A stretch of 64,000 nucleotides of DNA from Malacoraja senta (Eukaryota). The notes beneath the pieces are model-generated. The model was given only the letters and a program-made list of their open reading frames with translations, searched no databases and had not been told where the DNA came from. The translations under genes and the position numbers were made by a program. The DNA lies in the NCBI GenBank assembly GCA_038087875.1, contig CM075988.1, positions 13,704,001-13,768,000 on the forward strand. Direction: 5' to 3'. Of this stretch, positions 13,055 through 25,983 are shown piece by piece (positions within the stretch are counted from its first letter, which is position 1; each line of letters opens with the position of its first letter).

Positions 13055-13400
13055 TATACAATCATGAGAGGAATAGATCAGGTAGATGCACAGAATCTCT
13101 TGCCCAGAGTAGGGAAATAGAGGACCAGAGGGCATAGGTTCAAGGTGAAGGGGAAAAAATTTAATGGGAATCTGAAGGATAACTTTTTCACATAAAGAGT
13201 GGTGGGTGTATGGAACAAGCTGCCAGAGGACGTAGTTGAGGCTGGGACTATCGCAACATGCAAGAAACAGTTAGACAGGTATATGGATAGGACAGGTTTG
13301 GAGGGATATGGAGCAAACGCAGGCAGGTGGGACATGTTGGCCGGTGTGGGCAAGTTGGGCCGAAGGGCCTGTTTCCACACTGTATCACTCTATGACTCAG
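13055..13400 (+). mobile_element. CR1 3' end fragment
   Basis: Peptide VGVWNKLPEDVVEAGTI...LDRYMDRTGLEGYG plus the CR1 tail. Confidence 0.8.
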
Positions 13401-14572
13401 TTCTACATGCCAGAAGATATCTGCATCCTGCAGCAGCCAGCAATTCTATCCCACCAGTCTCCTAAATGCTCCTTGTGTATAGGCTCTATATAAGTCAGGC
13501 ATCCATAAACTGGGAAGATCGATGCAATCGATTTCTGATCACAGGCAAGGAAGTATCTGACCCTTTCTCAATGTATATCACCATTCAGTACATGTCCAAC
13601 GGCAGTACTTCAACTTCTTCTCCCTTCTGTTGCCGCTCTGGATATCCATCACTCCAGTTTACTTTTCAATTACACCTCCCATCTCAATCATAGCATCAGT
13701 GAGTCATATAACCTCCCTCAGCCTATAAAATCTGCTCCAACCATCAAACATCTATTTACACTGATTGTACACCAGTCTAATTTCCTACGACGCATATTCC
13801 CATCAACTCTCCCAGTACACAATAGTTGAAAGTAAACAATTAATTCACCAACTCACATATCTATCCAATGCAATTTTGATGGTGGAGTTTTTAATCTGCC
13901 AAATTAATATCACTGCCCTCTATGCCCTTGATCTTTGTAAAACCTTTTCTTGCTCCTATCTTGCACTATCATATTCTGGATTGTCTGATATATAATGGGT
14001 TTTCTCTATTTATTCTATTTAAATTGTTTTTATCATTTTCAGAACGTCATTTAAATTGCCTCTAGCCCTGTAAACGTAGGTCAATGCAAACTGTCAGCAT
14101 TATTTAACTGTTTTAGCCCCAGTATTGTTCTGTCAAGGTTATACTCCATCTCTTCATCAATATATCTTTGCTGATGTGTGGTGCCTTGAAATGAACATCA
14201 TTATTGCTCCACTTTGACGTATTTCCATCATTCTTTCCAAACGTACTTCTTTGACATTATTTATTCTTGTTTGATTATACATTCTTGAAGTACATTATGA
14301 CATTTATATCCTTTAATTACTCCAGATAAATATAAACTGTTGCCATGCATGTTGTGTTGCTCATACACACATATCTAATTGTGGGCTAACCCTTTGATCC
14401 ACCTAAATTTAAACCTCAAATGTAATTATTGATTACACTAACCCTGACTGTAGTGTTTGGGCATTATAAACATTTGTTCAAGGGTGATTTTGTTGTACAA
14501 GCAAGATGCTGCAGATGATGGTTTACCAAGGCAATACACAAAATGCTAGAGTAACTCAGCAGGTCAGACTTA

Positions 14573-14810
14573 AGGGCCTGTCCCACTTTCACAACCTAAT
14601 TCACGACCTCTGCCGAGTTTGCCCTTGACTCATACTCGCAGCATGGTCGTCACGAGGTCGTAGGAGGTCGTAGGCTGGTCGTAGGTAGGTCGTGATGCTA
14701 GTCACAGGTACTCGTGGCATCAACTAGGTCGGGGCGTTTTTTCAACATGATGAAAAATGTCCACGAGTAAAAAAGGTCGTGAATTAGGTTGTGAAAGTAT
14801 GACAGGCCCT
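14573..14810. mobile_element. PIF/Harbinger-type MITE
   Basis: About 35-bp TIRs AGGGCCTGTCCCACTTTCACAACCTAATTCACGACC. The 3-bp TSD TTA lies at 14570-14572 and 14811-14813. It is inserted in a Penelope-derived palindrome (~14505-14900). Confidence 0.85.
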
Positions 14811-16517
14811 TTAAGAAGGGTTCCGACCTGAAACATTCCCTCTCCATGTTCTCCAGGGTTGCTGCCTGGCCCACTAGGTTATTCCAGCATTTTGTGTATT
14901 TTCATGATTTTGTTGTGGTCTTCTGTCTGATACAATATAATACAATTTTGGGTGATTTTCGTGTATCTTTAATTTTATTTTCAACTATCATATTTTGTTT
15001 GATATACTACAAACACTATTGCATGCACAGTACAATGCAATGCAACAGTTTAAAATACAAAATCTAATTGACATGAATACATTAAGTATAGGAAAGAACT
15101 GCAGATTCATTCGAAGGTACACACAAAATGCTGGAGAAACTCAGCTGGACAGGCAGCATTTCTGGAGAGAATGAATAGGTGACGTTTCGGGTCGAGACCT
15201 TGAGTACCTGAAAAGTTTAAAATTAATGTAAACTTGAATATTATGAAATAATTATTTTACTTGCTTGTGAACATTGACAAATTACTTCCTTTAATTTCAA
15301 GTCAACTAAAAGTAAAGAGTAACATGTGACTGCATTTTTTTGCCCAAGTTGATGAACTTTGTCCGTAATATAGTTGTGTCATATTAAGATCTTAAAGGAA
15401 TCACTTAATTAAAAACACAACATGAAAATTGAAATGTTCTTAAGGAGTTTGTAAAGAATGTTTGTCGAGACAATGGCTTTGCAATGGGCTTTACCTAACC
15501 CCATGTTTGAGATAATTTCCCACAATCAATAGTTAATGAAGCAGCATTTAGCTGGAACAATCAGGTGGTGTTTAAATATTTAACAACTCTATGTACACTT
15601 GGAGATTCAAATCAATGCACAACGGATTTACACTGAATACATCTAAAAGGATTGCAGAGCTTCAGGTACAATTTCAATAATTTACAGCATGGCGGTGAAT
15701 GTTTTAGCCTAACTGGCATAGTCATATGTATTCCACACAAGCTTTCCCACTCAACCGCATCCAATTCTGCCAACATACATTTTAATTCCTCTATTCCTCA
15801 TGACCTTATCCAGTTTTCTGTGAAAATGCCTATTCTATTCTCATCAAATGTTGTGTAAAATCCCCCTGTATTACACAAAATCACAGACTATACAGTATGT
15901 GGCACAGAAACTTTGCATTGGCCTTTAACCTCTTTTCAAGCATCCTTTTACAGTTTCTGATAAGAAGCACGGTCAGGAATTGGTCATAGACACAAAATGC
16001 TGGAGTAACTCGGCAGGTCAGGCAACATCCCTGGAAAAAAGGAACAGTGACGTTTTTGGGTCGAGACCCTTCTTCAGACTGAGAGTCGGGGGAGAGGGAA
16101 AGTAGTGGTATGAAAAGGTACAGAACAAATCAGAGCCGGCACGGGAAATGGTCAGTTGACCCCAAAGGCTTCCTCTGCCTTCAATAAAATAATTCTGATC
16201 TAACCTTGACCTCAACACTATATTCCGTCTCTCTCCATATCAATTAACTCCCTTGTAGTTTAATGTCTGTCAATATTTGCCTTGAATATATTTACTACTC
16301 CTGCACAGCTCTCTGCGGTAAAGAGACCTAAAGATTCTCAGCCCGCTAAGATAAATAATTTTGCCTTTTCTGTCTGTGAATGAGGTGAACCATTACTCTG
16401 AAAGGATTCCCTCTAGCTCTACATATCCCCACAAATATAAAACTCTTAGTATCCATCCCGCCAATCTTCCTCAATTAATTACGTATCAATAAGACTTTCA
16501 TTCTTCTAAATTCCACT

Positions 16518-16836
16518 GAGCACAGTGGCCCAGTGGTAGAGTTGCTGCCTTACAGAGCTTGCAACGCCAGAAACACAAGTTCGATCCCGACTATGGATAC
16601 TGCCTGTACGGAGTTTGTACGTTCTCCCCGTGACTGTATGGGTTTTCTCCGAGATCTTCGGTTTCTCCCCATACTCCAAAGACGTACGGGTTTGTAGGTT
16701 AATTGGCTTGGTAAATGTAAAAATTGTCCCTAGTGTGTGTAGGATAATGTTAATATGCAGGGATCGCTGGTGGGCGCGGACCCGGTGGGCCAAAGGGCCT
16801 CTTTCCGCGCTGTATCTCTAAACTAAACTAAACTAA
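16518..16836 (+). mobile_element. V-SINE (HE1-like), well preserved
   Basis: tRNA-like head, V-domain, CR1-like tail and (ctaaa)n end. Confidence 0.9.
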
Positions 16837-17825
16837 AAGCTCAACCTGATTAAGCATTTTTTGCACATCCCCTCTTCATCCCAGGACCAGTGATCAGTCT
16901 AGAATCCCTCAAATCAGTCTAGTGAAACATTTCTTTGTTGCCTCCAATTCAAGCACATCCCTCATTGAACATAGATACACCATCACCACACAGTGTTTCT
17001 GCTGTGGCCTCATCAAAGTCATTTAAAGTTGCATCAAAACATCCTTTCTTTTATCCTTCATATTCCTTGCAATGAAGGCTGACAATCCATTAACCCTTCT
17101 CAATTATTTACTTCACCTGAATATTAACATTTTGTGCTTCAAGTACTTGGAACCCCAATCTATTTTTACCATCATACTCTTTAAATAACAATTTATTTTC
17201 TCATTCTTCCTTCCAAAGTGTATAAGCACATATATTCCCACATTATACTCCATCTACCAACCTCTTACTCACTCATCAACCTACCTATATCTCATTGGAG
17301 ACTCTATGTGTTCTCGTCATAACTAGATGACCTGCGTATTTGATATATCATCAGTATATTTTGTGACAACACAAAGTTCTTTCATCCAAGTCATCAAGTT
17401 AGCCACTAATTAACTGAGGACTAGTTAGTGATTGCCATATACAAAATGACCACTTTATCCCAACTCAGTTTACATCCAACACAATCATCACAATTTCTAT
17501 TCCCTTCTTATTCATGTATTCATCTAGATTTGGAGTATAAGCTTATCTAGTCCCACTTAACGGTTCCACATTTATAGCATTGTCTAAATAATGTTGTGTC
17601 TACATATTCTGTTTCTTGTCTTGCTGATTATATGATACATTCTGTTGAAGCAAGAACCCCTGTATTTCATTACCTTCTTACCAATCAGTTTACGCACATT
17701 GATCTTTCCTGCCACTTGGCCAAAGTGGGTTGAATTCCCAGGCTACTTTTGTCAGGGTATTAATGGAGATTATATCTGAGAATTAGCCCCATTGACCAAC
17801 AGCGAGAGAGGGTCGCACAAAATTG

Positions 17826-18133
17826 TTAGAGTTTAGAGATACAGCATGTAAACAGGCCCTTTGGCCCACTGAGTACACGCTGACCATTGATCACCCGTAC
17901 ACTAGTTCTATATTATCCCACTTTTTTCTTCCACACACTAGCGGCAATTTACAGAAGCTGATTAACCAACAAATCTGCAGGTCCAGTCTTTGGAATGTGG
18001 GAGGAAACTGGAGCACCCGGAGGAAACCCACACGGCTACCGGGAGAACATACAAACTCTGCATAGACATCACCCATAGTCAGGATTGAACCTGGGTCACT
18101 GGCGCTGTGAGGCAGCAGCTCTCGCGCTGTGCC
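17826..18133 (-). mobile_element. V-SINE (HE1-like)
   Basis: Reverse complement of the same family as 16518-16836. Confidence 0.85.
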
Positions 18134-18659
18134 TCTTAGCCGCTATGAAAACTATTCATAGTTTTTAGTTTCATGTAAGAGGAATGAGTTACATTCCCTG
18201 GAAGTGACCAACATCTGCTGAACCCGACTAGTTTGGTAAATCTAATTCTGGGCAGAAACAGCAGGGTGAATAAGTGAAACAAAATGGACTCATTCCAAAC
18301 CATGTTGCTAACACGGTGTGATTTCATTTGAATAATGCATTATACGGTTTAACTTAATACTGATAACCTGCTGACAGATTTATTGATGCAAGCTTCTGTT
18401 CCTGGCAACGAGATCACTGCTTTTTTTATTAGGATCAGAGTCCTGGAGCACAAACCATACACTGTCAATGTGGCTTTGTTCTGATGTTTGCTGGATCTGC
18501 CTCAAGTTATGTGGTTCCATCTGTGTTCGCAAAGGCAGTACCTTGGAAGTGTTTCCTCTTGTGTCTGAACTAACTGAATACTTAAATGTTTGGCTCAGGG
18601 GAGAACAGTTTCAGGATCATGGAGGTCAAGTGGAAAGGCAGGTATTGGGTATTCGGATA

Positions 18660-18880
18660 ATAAGACACAAATTGCTGTAGTAACTCAGGCAGTCAGCCAC
18701 CATCCCTGGAAAACATAGATAGGCAACGGTTTGGGTCGGGACTCTTCCTCAAACCCCACTTCGGGTCCCAACCCAAGCTGTTGCCTATCCATGTTCTCCA
18801 GGGATGCTGCCAGACCAGCTCCTTTACTCCACCACTATATGTCTTTCCTTGGTAAACCATCATCTGCAGCTCCTTGCTTC
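18660..18880. repeat. Degraded Penelope-derived palindrome
   Basis: Inverted arms gacacaaattgctgtagtaactcagg / ttactccaccactatatgtc, with a catctgcagctcctt tail. Confidence 0.65.
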
Positions 18881-19329
18881 TATATTGGGATTATAATGCA
18901 TGGTTAACCTGCACCAGTTAAACTGCATGAAGAGCACACACAATTTGGTAGCAGAAACAGTGTGAAGAAAGTTATGTGGAGAAGACAGGAGAATGGGGTT
19001 GAGTGGGAAAGATAGATCAGACAGGATTGAATGGCGGATTAGAGTCGATGGGCCGAATGGCCTAATTCTGCTGCCATAAATTATGAACTTATGAACATGA
19101 AGAAGTTGGTTTATCTAAACCAACATTCCAACTATGTTCATACAGTCAACCGTGTAAAAAAGCATAGATCAATAAATCACCTTTGTGCACATCACCTAAA
19201 CCATGGTAACCTTGCAACTTCTCTGCAACCAAGTTTTGAAATCAATCAGCATCGAGTTTTCAGTAATTGATGAAGACATCTCAATAACTGAGCATGCTGG
19301 TTTACCAAAAAAAAGACACAAAATACCTT

Positions 19330-19478
19330 TGGAGTGTGGGAAGAAACTGGAGCACCAGGAGTAAATACAGTCGGTCATAGGAAGAACGTGCAAACTCCAT
19401 ACAGACAGCACCCGTAGTCAGGTTCGAAACCAGGTTTTTGGTGCTGTGAGGCAGCAACTCTACCGCTGTGCCACCATG
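19330..19478 (-). mobile_element. V-SINE 5' half
   Basis: Reverse complement of the tRNA-like head and V-domain. Confidence 0.75.
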
Positions 19479-19551
19479 CCATGTTATTTGCTGAGTTATT
19501 TGAGCTGATCACATTCCATTGGAAGAATTGTTGAGGCTTATTTCTGCATCA

Positions 19552-22068
19552 TAGAAACATAGAAACATAGAAACATAGAAATTAGGTGCAGGAGTAGGCT
19601 ATTCAGCCCTTCGAGCCTGCACCGCCATTCAATATGATCATGGCTGATCATCCAACTCAGTATCCTGTACCTGCCTTCTCTCCATACCCTCTGATCCCTT
19701 TAGCCACAAGGGCCACATCTAACTCCCTCTTAAATATAGCCAATGAACTGGCCTTGACTACCCTCTGTGGCGGAGAGTTCCAGAGATTCACCACTCTCTG
19801 TGTGAAAAAAGTTCTCATCTCGGTTTTAAAGGATTTCCCCCTTATCCTTAAGCTGTGACCCCTTGTCCTGGACTTCCCCAACATCGGGAGCAATCTTCCT
19901 GCATCTAGCCTGTCTAACCCCTTAAGAATTTTGTAAGTTTCTATAAGATCCCCTCTCAATCTCCTAAATTCTAGAGAGTATAAATCAAGTCTATCCAGTC
20001 TTTCTTCATAAGACAGTCCTGACATCCCAGGAATCAGTCTGGTGAACCTTCTCTGCACTCCCTCTATGGCAATAATGTCCTTCCTCAGATTTGGAGACCA
20101 AAACTGTACGCAATACTCCAGGTGTGGTCTCACCAAGACCCTGTACAACTGCAGTAGAACCTCCCTGCTCCTATACTCAAATCCTTTTGCTATGAAAGCT
20201 AACATACCATTCGCTTTCTTCACTGCCTGCTGCACCTGCATGCCTACTTTCAATGACTGGTGTACCATGACACCCAGGTCTCGCTGCATCTCCCCTTTTC
20301 CCAGTCGGCCACCATTTAGATAATAGTCTGCTTTCCTGTTTTTGTCACCAAAATGGATAACCTCACATTTATCCACATTATACTGCATCTGCCAAACATT
20401 TGCCCACTCACCCAGCCTATCCAAGTCACCTTGCAGTCTCCTAGCATCCTCCTCACAGCTAACACTGCCCCCCCAGCTTAGTGACATCTGCAAACTTGGA
20501 GATATTGCCTTCAATTCCCTCATCCAGATCATTAATATATATTGTAAATAGCTGGGGTCCCAGCACTGAGCCTTGCGGTACCCCACTAGTCACTGCCTGC
20601 CATTGTGAAAAGGACCCGTTTACTCCTACTCTTTGCTTCCTGTTTGCCAGCCAGTTCTCTATCCACATCAATACTGAACCCCCAATGCCATGTGCTTTAA
20701 GTTTGTATACTAATCTCTTATGTGGGACCTTGTCGAAAGCCTTCTGGAAGTCCAGATACAACACATCCACTGGTTCTCCCCTATCCACGCTACTAGTTAC
20801 ATCCTCGAAAAATTCTATAAGATTCGTCAGACATGATTTACCTTTCGTAAATCCATGCTGACTTTGTCCAATGATTTCACCACTTTCCAAATGTGCTGCT
20901 ATCCCATCTTTAATAACTGACTCTAGCTGTTTCCCCACTACCGACGTTAGACTAACTGGTCTGTAGTTCCCCGTTTTCTCTCTCCCTCCCTTCTTAAAAA
21001 GTGGGGTTACGTTTGCTACCCGCCAATCCTCAGGAACTACTCCAGAATCTAAAGAGTTTTGAAAGATTATTACTAATGCATCCACTATTTCTGGAGCTAC
21101 TTCCTTAAGTACTCTGGGATGCAGCCTATCTGGCCCTGGGGATTTATCGGCCTTTAATCCATTCAATTTACCCAACACCACTTCCCGACTAACCTGGATT
21201 TCACCCAATTCCTCCAACTCCTTTGACCTGCGGTCACCTGCTATTTCCGGCAGATTATTTATGTCTTCCTTAGTGAAGACGGAACCAAAGTAGTTATTCA
21301 ATTGGTCCGCCATATCCTTGTTCCCCATGATCAACTCACCAGTTTCTGACTGCAAGGGACCTACATTTTTTTTAACTAATCTCTTTCTTTTCACATATCT
21401 ATAAAAACTTTTGCAGTCAGTTTTTATGTTCCCTGCCCGTTTTCTTTCATAATCTATTTTTCCTTTCCTAATTAAGCCCTTTGTCCTCCTCTGCTGGTCT
21501 CTGAATTTCTCCCAGTCCTCCGGTATGCTGCTTTTTCTGGCTAATTTGTACGCATCATCCTTCGCTTTGATACCATCCCTGATTTCCCTTGTTATCCACG
21601 GATGCACTACCTTCCCTGATTTATTCTTTTGCCAAACTGGGATGAACAATTTTTGTAGTTCATCCATGCAGTCTTTAAATGTCTTCCATTGCATATCCAC
21701 CGTCAACCCTTTTAGAATTAATTACCAGTCAATCTTGGCCAATTCACGTCTCATACCCTCAAAGTTACCTTTCTTTAAGTTCAGAACCATTGTTTCTGAA
21801 TTAACAATGTCACTCTCCATCCTAATGAAGAACTCAACCATATTATGGTCACTCTTGCCCAAGGGGGCACGTACAACAAGACTGCTAACTAACCCTTCCT
21901 CATTACTCAATACCCAGTCTAAAATAGCCTGCTCTCTCGTTGGTTCCTCTACATGTTGATTTAGATAACTATCCCGCATACATTCCAAGAAATCCTCTTC
22001 CTCAGCACCCCTGCCAATTTGATTCACCCAATCTATATGTAGATTGAAGTCACCCATTATAACTGTAT
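19552..22068 (-). mobile_element. 5'-truncated young CR1 (HER1-like) LINE with partial APE and full RT, carrying one stop codon and one frameshift
   Basis: ORFs 21722-22126 (GDFN, LGKSDH), 20459-21706 ([26 protein letters not shown]) and 19657-20586. There is a (tttctatg)n tail and a possible TSD catca at 19547-19551 and 22069-22073. Confidence 0.95.
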
Positions 22069-24149
22069 CATCACAAGCTGTCGACTGTAAGATTGGATTG
22101 TGAAAACAGCACAAGGTACTGACCAATTATCTGAGAATATCATAAATTCAGCATCCGAAGAAACTATTTAGCCAATGCCTGAAAAGTTTGAAAAGCATAT
22201 CTCAAACGATGTCCTTAGCAGGCCATTTGATTTTGTATTTTACAGCCCATTTTTCAGAGAGGCTCCTCAAAAAAGTATTTATGTCAAGAATGATCACAGA
22301 CAAGATACCCAAATATCTGTACAGTTTGCTCTGTTTTCTCTGTTAAAAACAAACAGGGGTTTGTTCACTTCATTGACAATATTTATTGATGTGGTTATTA
22401 GCTTAAAGAGGTGTAAATAAAAACATGGTAATGTGCACAATTCTTTTGTTAGTGCTATGCATGGTTTTCAGTGAGAAGAGATTCATTCCATTAACATTTG
22501 GGAGATTTATGTTCCCTGTCTTATAAGGGTGCTGGAAGTGAGAGCTCGGTAATTATTTGAATGAAGTTGCCAAACCTATTTCTTCACTGCATGTATCTTG
22601 TTTAATAGGCATTTGAAATTAGTCTTGGAAGTGGAACGGTTGCCTGGCCAGCATTTTATCTTACCTCCTGCTGCAAGCACCAAATGATGGGAACTGTAAT
22701 CGCTTCTTCAACTGCATCTCTTCCCCATCTCTCATGCACTACAATAAAAGTGATGCCATTAAAGCTGCTCGGTCTGTTTGATCACTTGCCATGAAAAATA
22801 CATTGGACAGGAATGTGCTTGTTAGTGTCAAACAGAACCAAACATCAAACAAGAGATATGATGGGCAACTGATAGAGCAGATCTTGTTTAGTATTAACAG
22901 TTAAATAAAAAATGATTTCCCTTCAGCTCGTCGTATTTTCTATATCCCCAAACAACCATTTCACCGCCAGAAGTGAGGCAAGAATTCACATTTCCCAAAT
23001 TTTACTCAATCATTGAGCGTTGAAGGCACTTTTATTTTTTGCTGTCATTATTTTTCTGCCGCATTGGATCTTGATTTCCCTTTCGTTCAAACATTTCAGA
23101 AATGTTTGAGATCTGTTAGATCTGTAAGGCTTCTGAAGAGCCTCATTCCAAGGCTCAACAGAAAACAATGGATGTGTGGTAGGGAACTGCAGATGCTGGT
23201 ATACACCGAAGATAGATGCAAAATGCTGGAGTAACTTAATGGGTCAGGCAACATCTCTGGAGAAAAAAAGCGAAATAATGGTTGGTTGTACTGCATCCCT
23301 ATATGGGTAAAATGGAGAGAATGTACCAAGGCTAACTACTCCTGTCTCCACCAACAACAATTGGATAAAACCGGGCAGACCTGTTTCCAGCTCACTTGGG
23401 AACTTTCTTTTCCTTAGGAAAGGATCGCTGAGTAGCCAGCAGGTCTAACTTATATGAGCATGTGTTATTGGTATTTTTTTTATTCTTCTGTGGATGCTGC
23501 TATATGTACAGAGATAACAGCATTTCATAGATTTTCCTTTACATTTATTTGTCATGGATATTGGACATCATTGTCTCAAATATAATAGTAAGATTAAATG
23601 AGAACTTACCAGTTTGAAGTTTGATCTTTATTTTATGAGGAGTTACGTTGAGGGATTACGTGAAGAACCCGCCAGCCCGCATGCGCGTCAATCTTCAAAG
23701 CAGCGGTGTGAAATCACAGATAACAGTTGTTGAACTAAACATAGTAAGATTAGAGAAGACTAGAATACCAGTTGACCTTTATGATAGAGGGTTGGGAGCG
23801 GAGGGCACGTAATCCCTCAACGTAACTCCTCAGAAAATAAAGATCAAACTTCAAACTGGTAAGTTCTCGTTTAATCTTACTATTTTACTTCGGAGTCACG
23901 TGAGTGACTACGTGAAGATTTCAAAGCTCTGTGATTTCATGCCGTGGAAACGAGTCCATGCGTCACACACTGCATCAGTTGACCAATGATGAGTGAACAT
24001 TAATAATGCATTCAGACATGACACAGATATAGACATGTTGATGCTTTTAATGAACAAATAATGATAACAGTAACCTCCCTTAACCGGGAGGAAACTATAA
24101 AACAGAACCTAACATAGAGTTGGCCAATACCCACAGTCTGGCAATGGGT

Positions 24150-24900
24150 TAGTTATAAAATGTTTGGAAAGATCGTTCGTTTGACCATCCTGCAGCCGCT
24201 AGGATGTGGTCCCGCGAAACGTCCATAACCCTGCTGCTGATGTTGTTGCAGCCCTGGTGGAGTGAGACTTGAAAATGTCAGTGTTCACTCTTGTATAAGC
24301 CAGAACCCGTTTAACCACCTGGAGATGGCCTGTAATGATACCTTCTTATGAGGCTTTATGTAACTAACAAACATTGCTAGTGCAGAGTCTCAAAGGCTCT
24401 TAGTGACCTTAACATACTATTGTAGATGTGTGACCAAACACAACCGAAGGTCCATGGGATATGCCAACAAATGTAGTTTAAGACCTGATGCCCCTGTCTA
24501 CTCTGCTGGGCTAAGTCATAAACATAAAATGTTAATTTGCCTGCAGATATAATCATCCTGTCCAGTCACAGCTTATGCAATGACTGGACCCGTTGCGCTG
24601 AACTCAGCGCCATGAGCATAACCACTTTGTAAGTGAGTTTGACCAAGGACAGGGATGTAGCTGGAGCCCACCGGTGAAGTGACGTAGCACAATGTTAACA
24701 TCCCATATCTTTGCGTACCTGGGCCTGGGAGGTTTCAAGTTGAAGATACCCTTCATAATCTAGATATCAGAGGGTGAGACCCGACAGAGTGGATTCTGCT
24801 CCCCGCAGCCAATATGATGAGAAGGCACGTTAGGCACAGTAAATGGCACTTTAACTTAATGATAGTCAAAACCCCATATAAACTGAACTTCAAGATGTCA
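24150..24900 (-). pseudogene. DIRS tyrosine recombinase remnant
   Basis: HSTR motif and AAGWS..SFQTFY catalytic-Tyr region at ~24155-24280, with frameshifts and stops. Confidence 0.8.
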
Positions 24901-25049
24901 GTCATCCGTGCCGAATTATATGTAATATTAGCATAAAACAAAATACTTCCCATCTCCTTATGAGGAAAAGTACTGCTTATTTGGTGCTATCCCTGCAATC
25001 TGCAGTGAGCACGTCCATGGTTTGGTTTAACAACCTGAGCCGCAAGTTA

Positions 25050-25983
25050 GTATGCAGGTGCAGCAAGCAATCAGGAAGGCCAATGGAGTTTTGGCCTTTA
25101 TTGCTAGGGGGATTGAGTATAAAAACACGGAGGTCTTGCTGCAGCTGTACACAGTATTAGTGAGACCACATTTGGAATACTGTGTACAGTTCTGGGGTCC
25201 ATACTTAAGAAAGGATGTACTGGCCCTGGAGGCAGTGCAGCGAAGGTTTACAAGATTAATTCCTGCAATGAGGGGATTGACATATGAGGAAAGGTTAAGT
25301 AGGCTGGAACTCTACTCTTTGGAGTTTAGAAGAATGAGAGGCGATCTCATTGAAACATATAAGATCGTGAGGGGCCTTGATCGGGTGGATGCACCGAGGA
25401 TGTTCCCAATGATCGGGGAAACTAGAACTAGGGGACATAATTGTAGAATAAGAGGGGGCTCTTTTAAAACTGAGATGAGGAAGAACTTCTTCACCCAGAG
25501 GGTGGTTAATTTATGGAATTCACTGCCCCAGGGAGCAGTGGAAGCAGAAACATTAAATATATTTAAGTCTAAAATAGATGGTTTTTTAGCTGCCAAGGGG
25601 ATAAGGGGCTACGGGGAGAGGGCAGGGATATGGACCTAGGTATGGTTAGTATAGTAAGACCTGAGTGATCTCCTGGACAAGTGTCGATCGCCTGGATTGG
25701 GGTCGGAGAGGAATTTCCCGGATTTTTTTCCCGAATTGGACCTGGGTTTTTATCCGTTTTTTTGCCTCCCCCAGGAGATCACGCGGTTCTTGGGGTGGAG
25801 AGGGGTGATAGCGATATAAAGGGGAGGGTAGTGTCTTGTGTTCTGTGTCTTGTGTCTACTGTTTGTGGGTAAGGGTGTCTGTTTAGTGTTCAGCCATGAG
25901 CGAATGGCGGTGCGGGCTCGATGGGCCTGGTGGTCTACTCTCGCACCTACTTTCTATGTTTCTATGTTTCTATGTTTCTATGA
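25050..25983 (+). mobile_element. CR1 3' fragment (distinct subfamily with a long structured 3'UTR) inserted in the DIRS element
   Basis: ORF 25052-25639 (VRPHLEYCVQFW...FFTQRVVNLWNSLP) and a (tttctatg)n tail. Confidence 0.9.

Noticed and set aside
12858..13520. Possible Tigger/pogo-like MITE ends around the CR1 fragment
   Set aside because: The termini are too degraded to establish TIRs or a TA TSD.
16518..16600. tRNA genes at SINE heads
   Set aside because: Only tRNA-derived A/B-box-like heads of V-SINEs, with no complete cloverleaf.
20042..21959. Plus-strand ORFs of 69-144 aa
   Set aside because: Antisense shadows of the CR1 ORF2. The same applies to the ORFs opposite the Rex1 and L1 ORFs.
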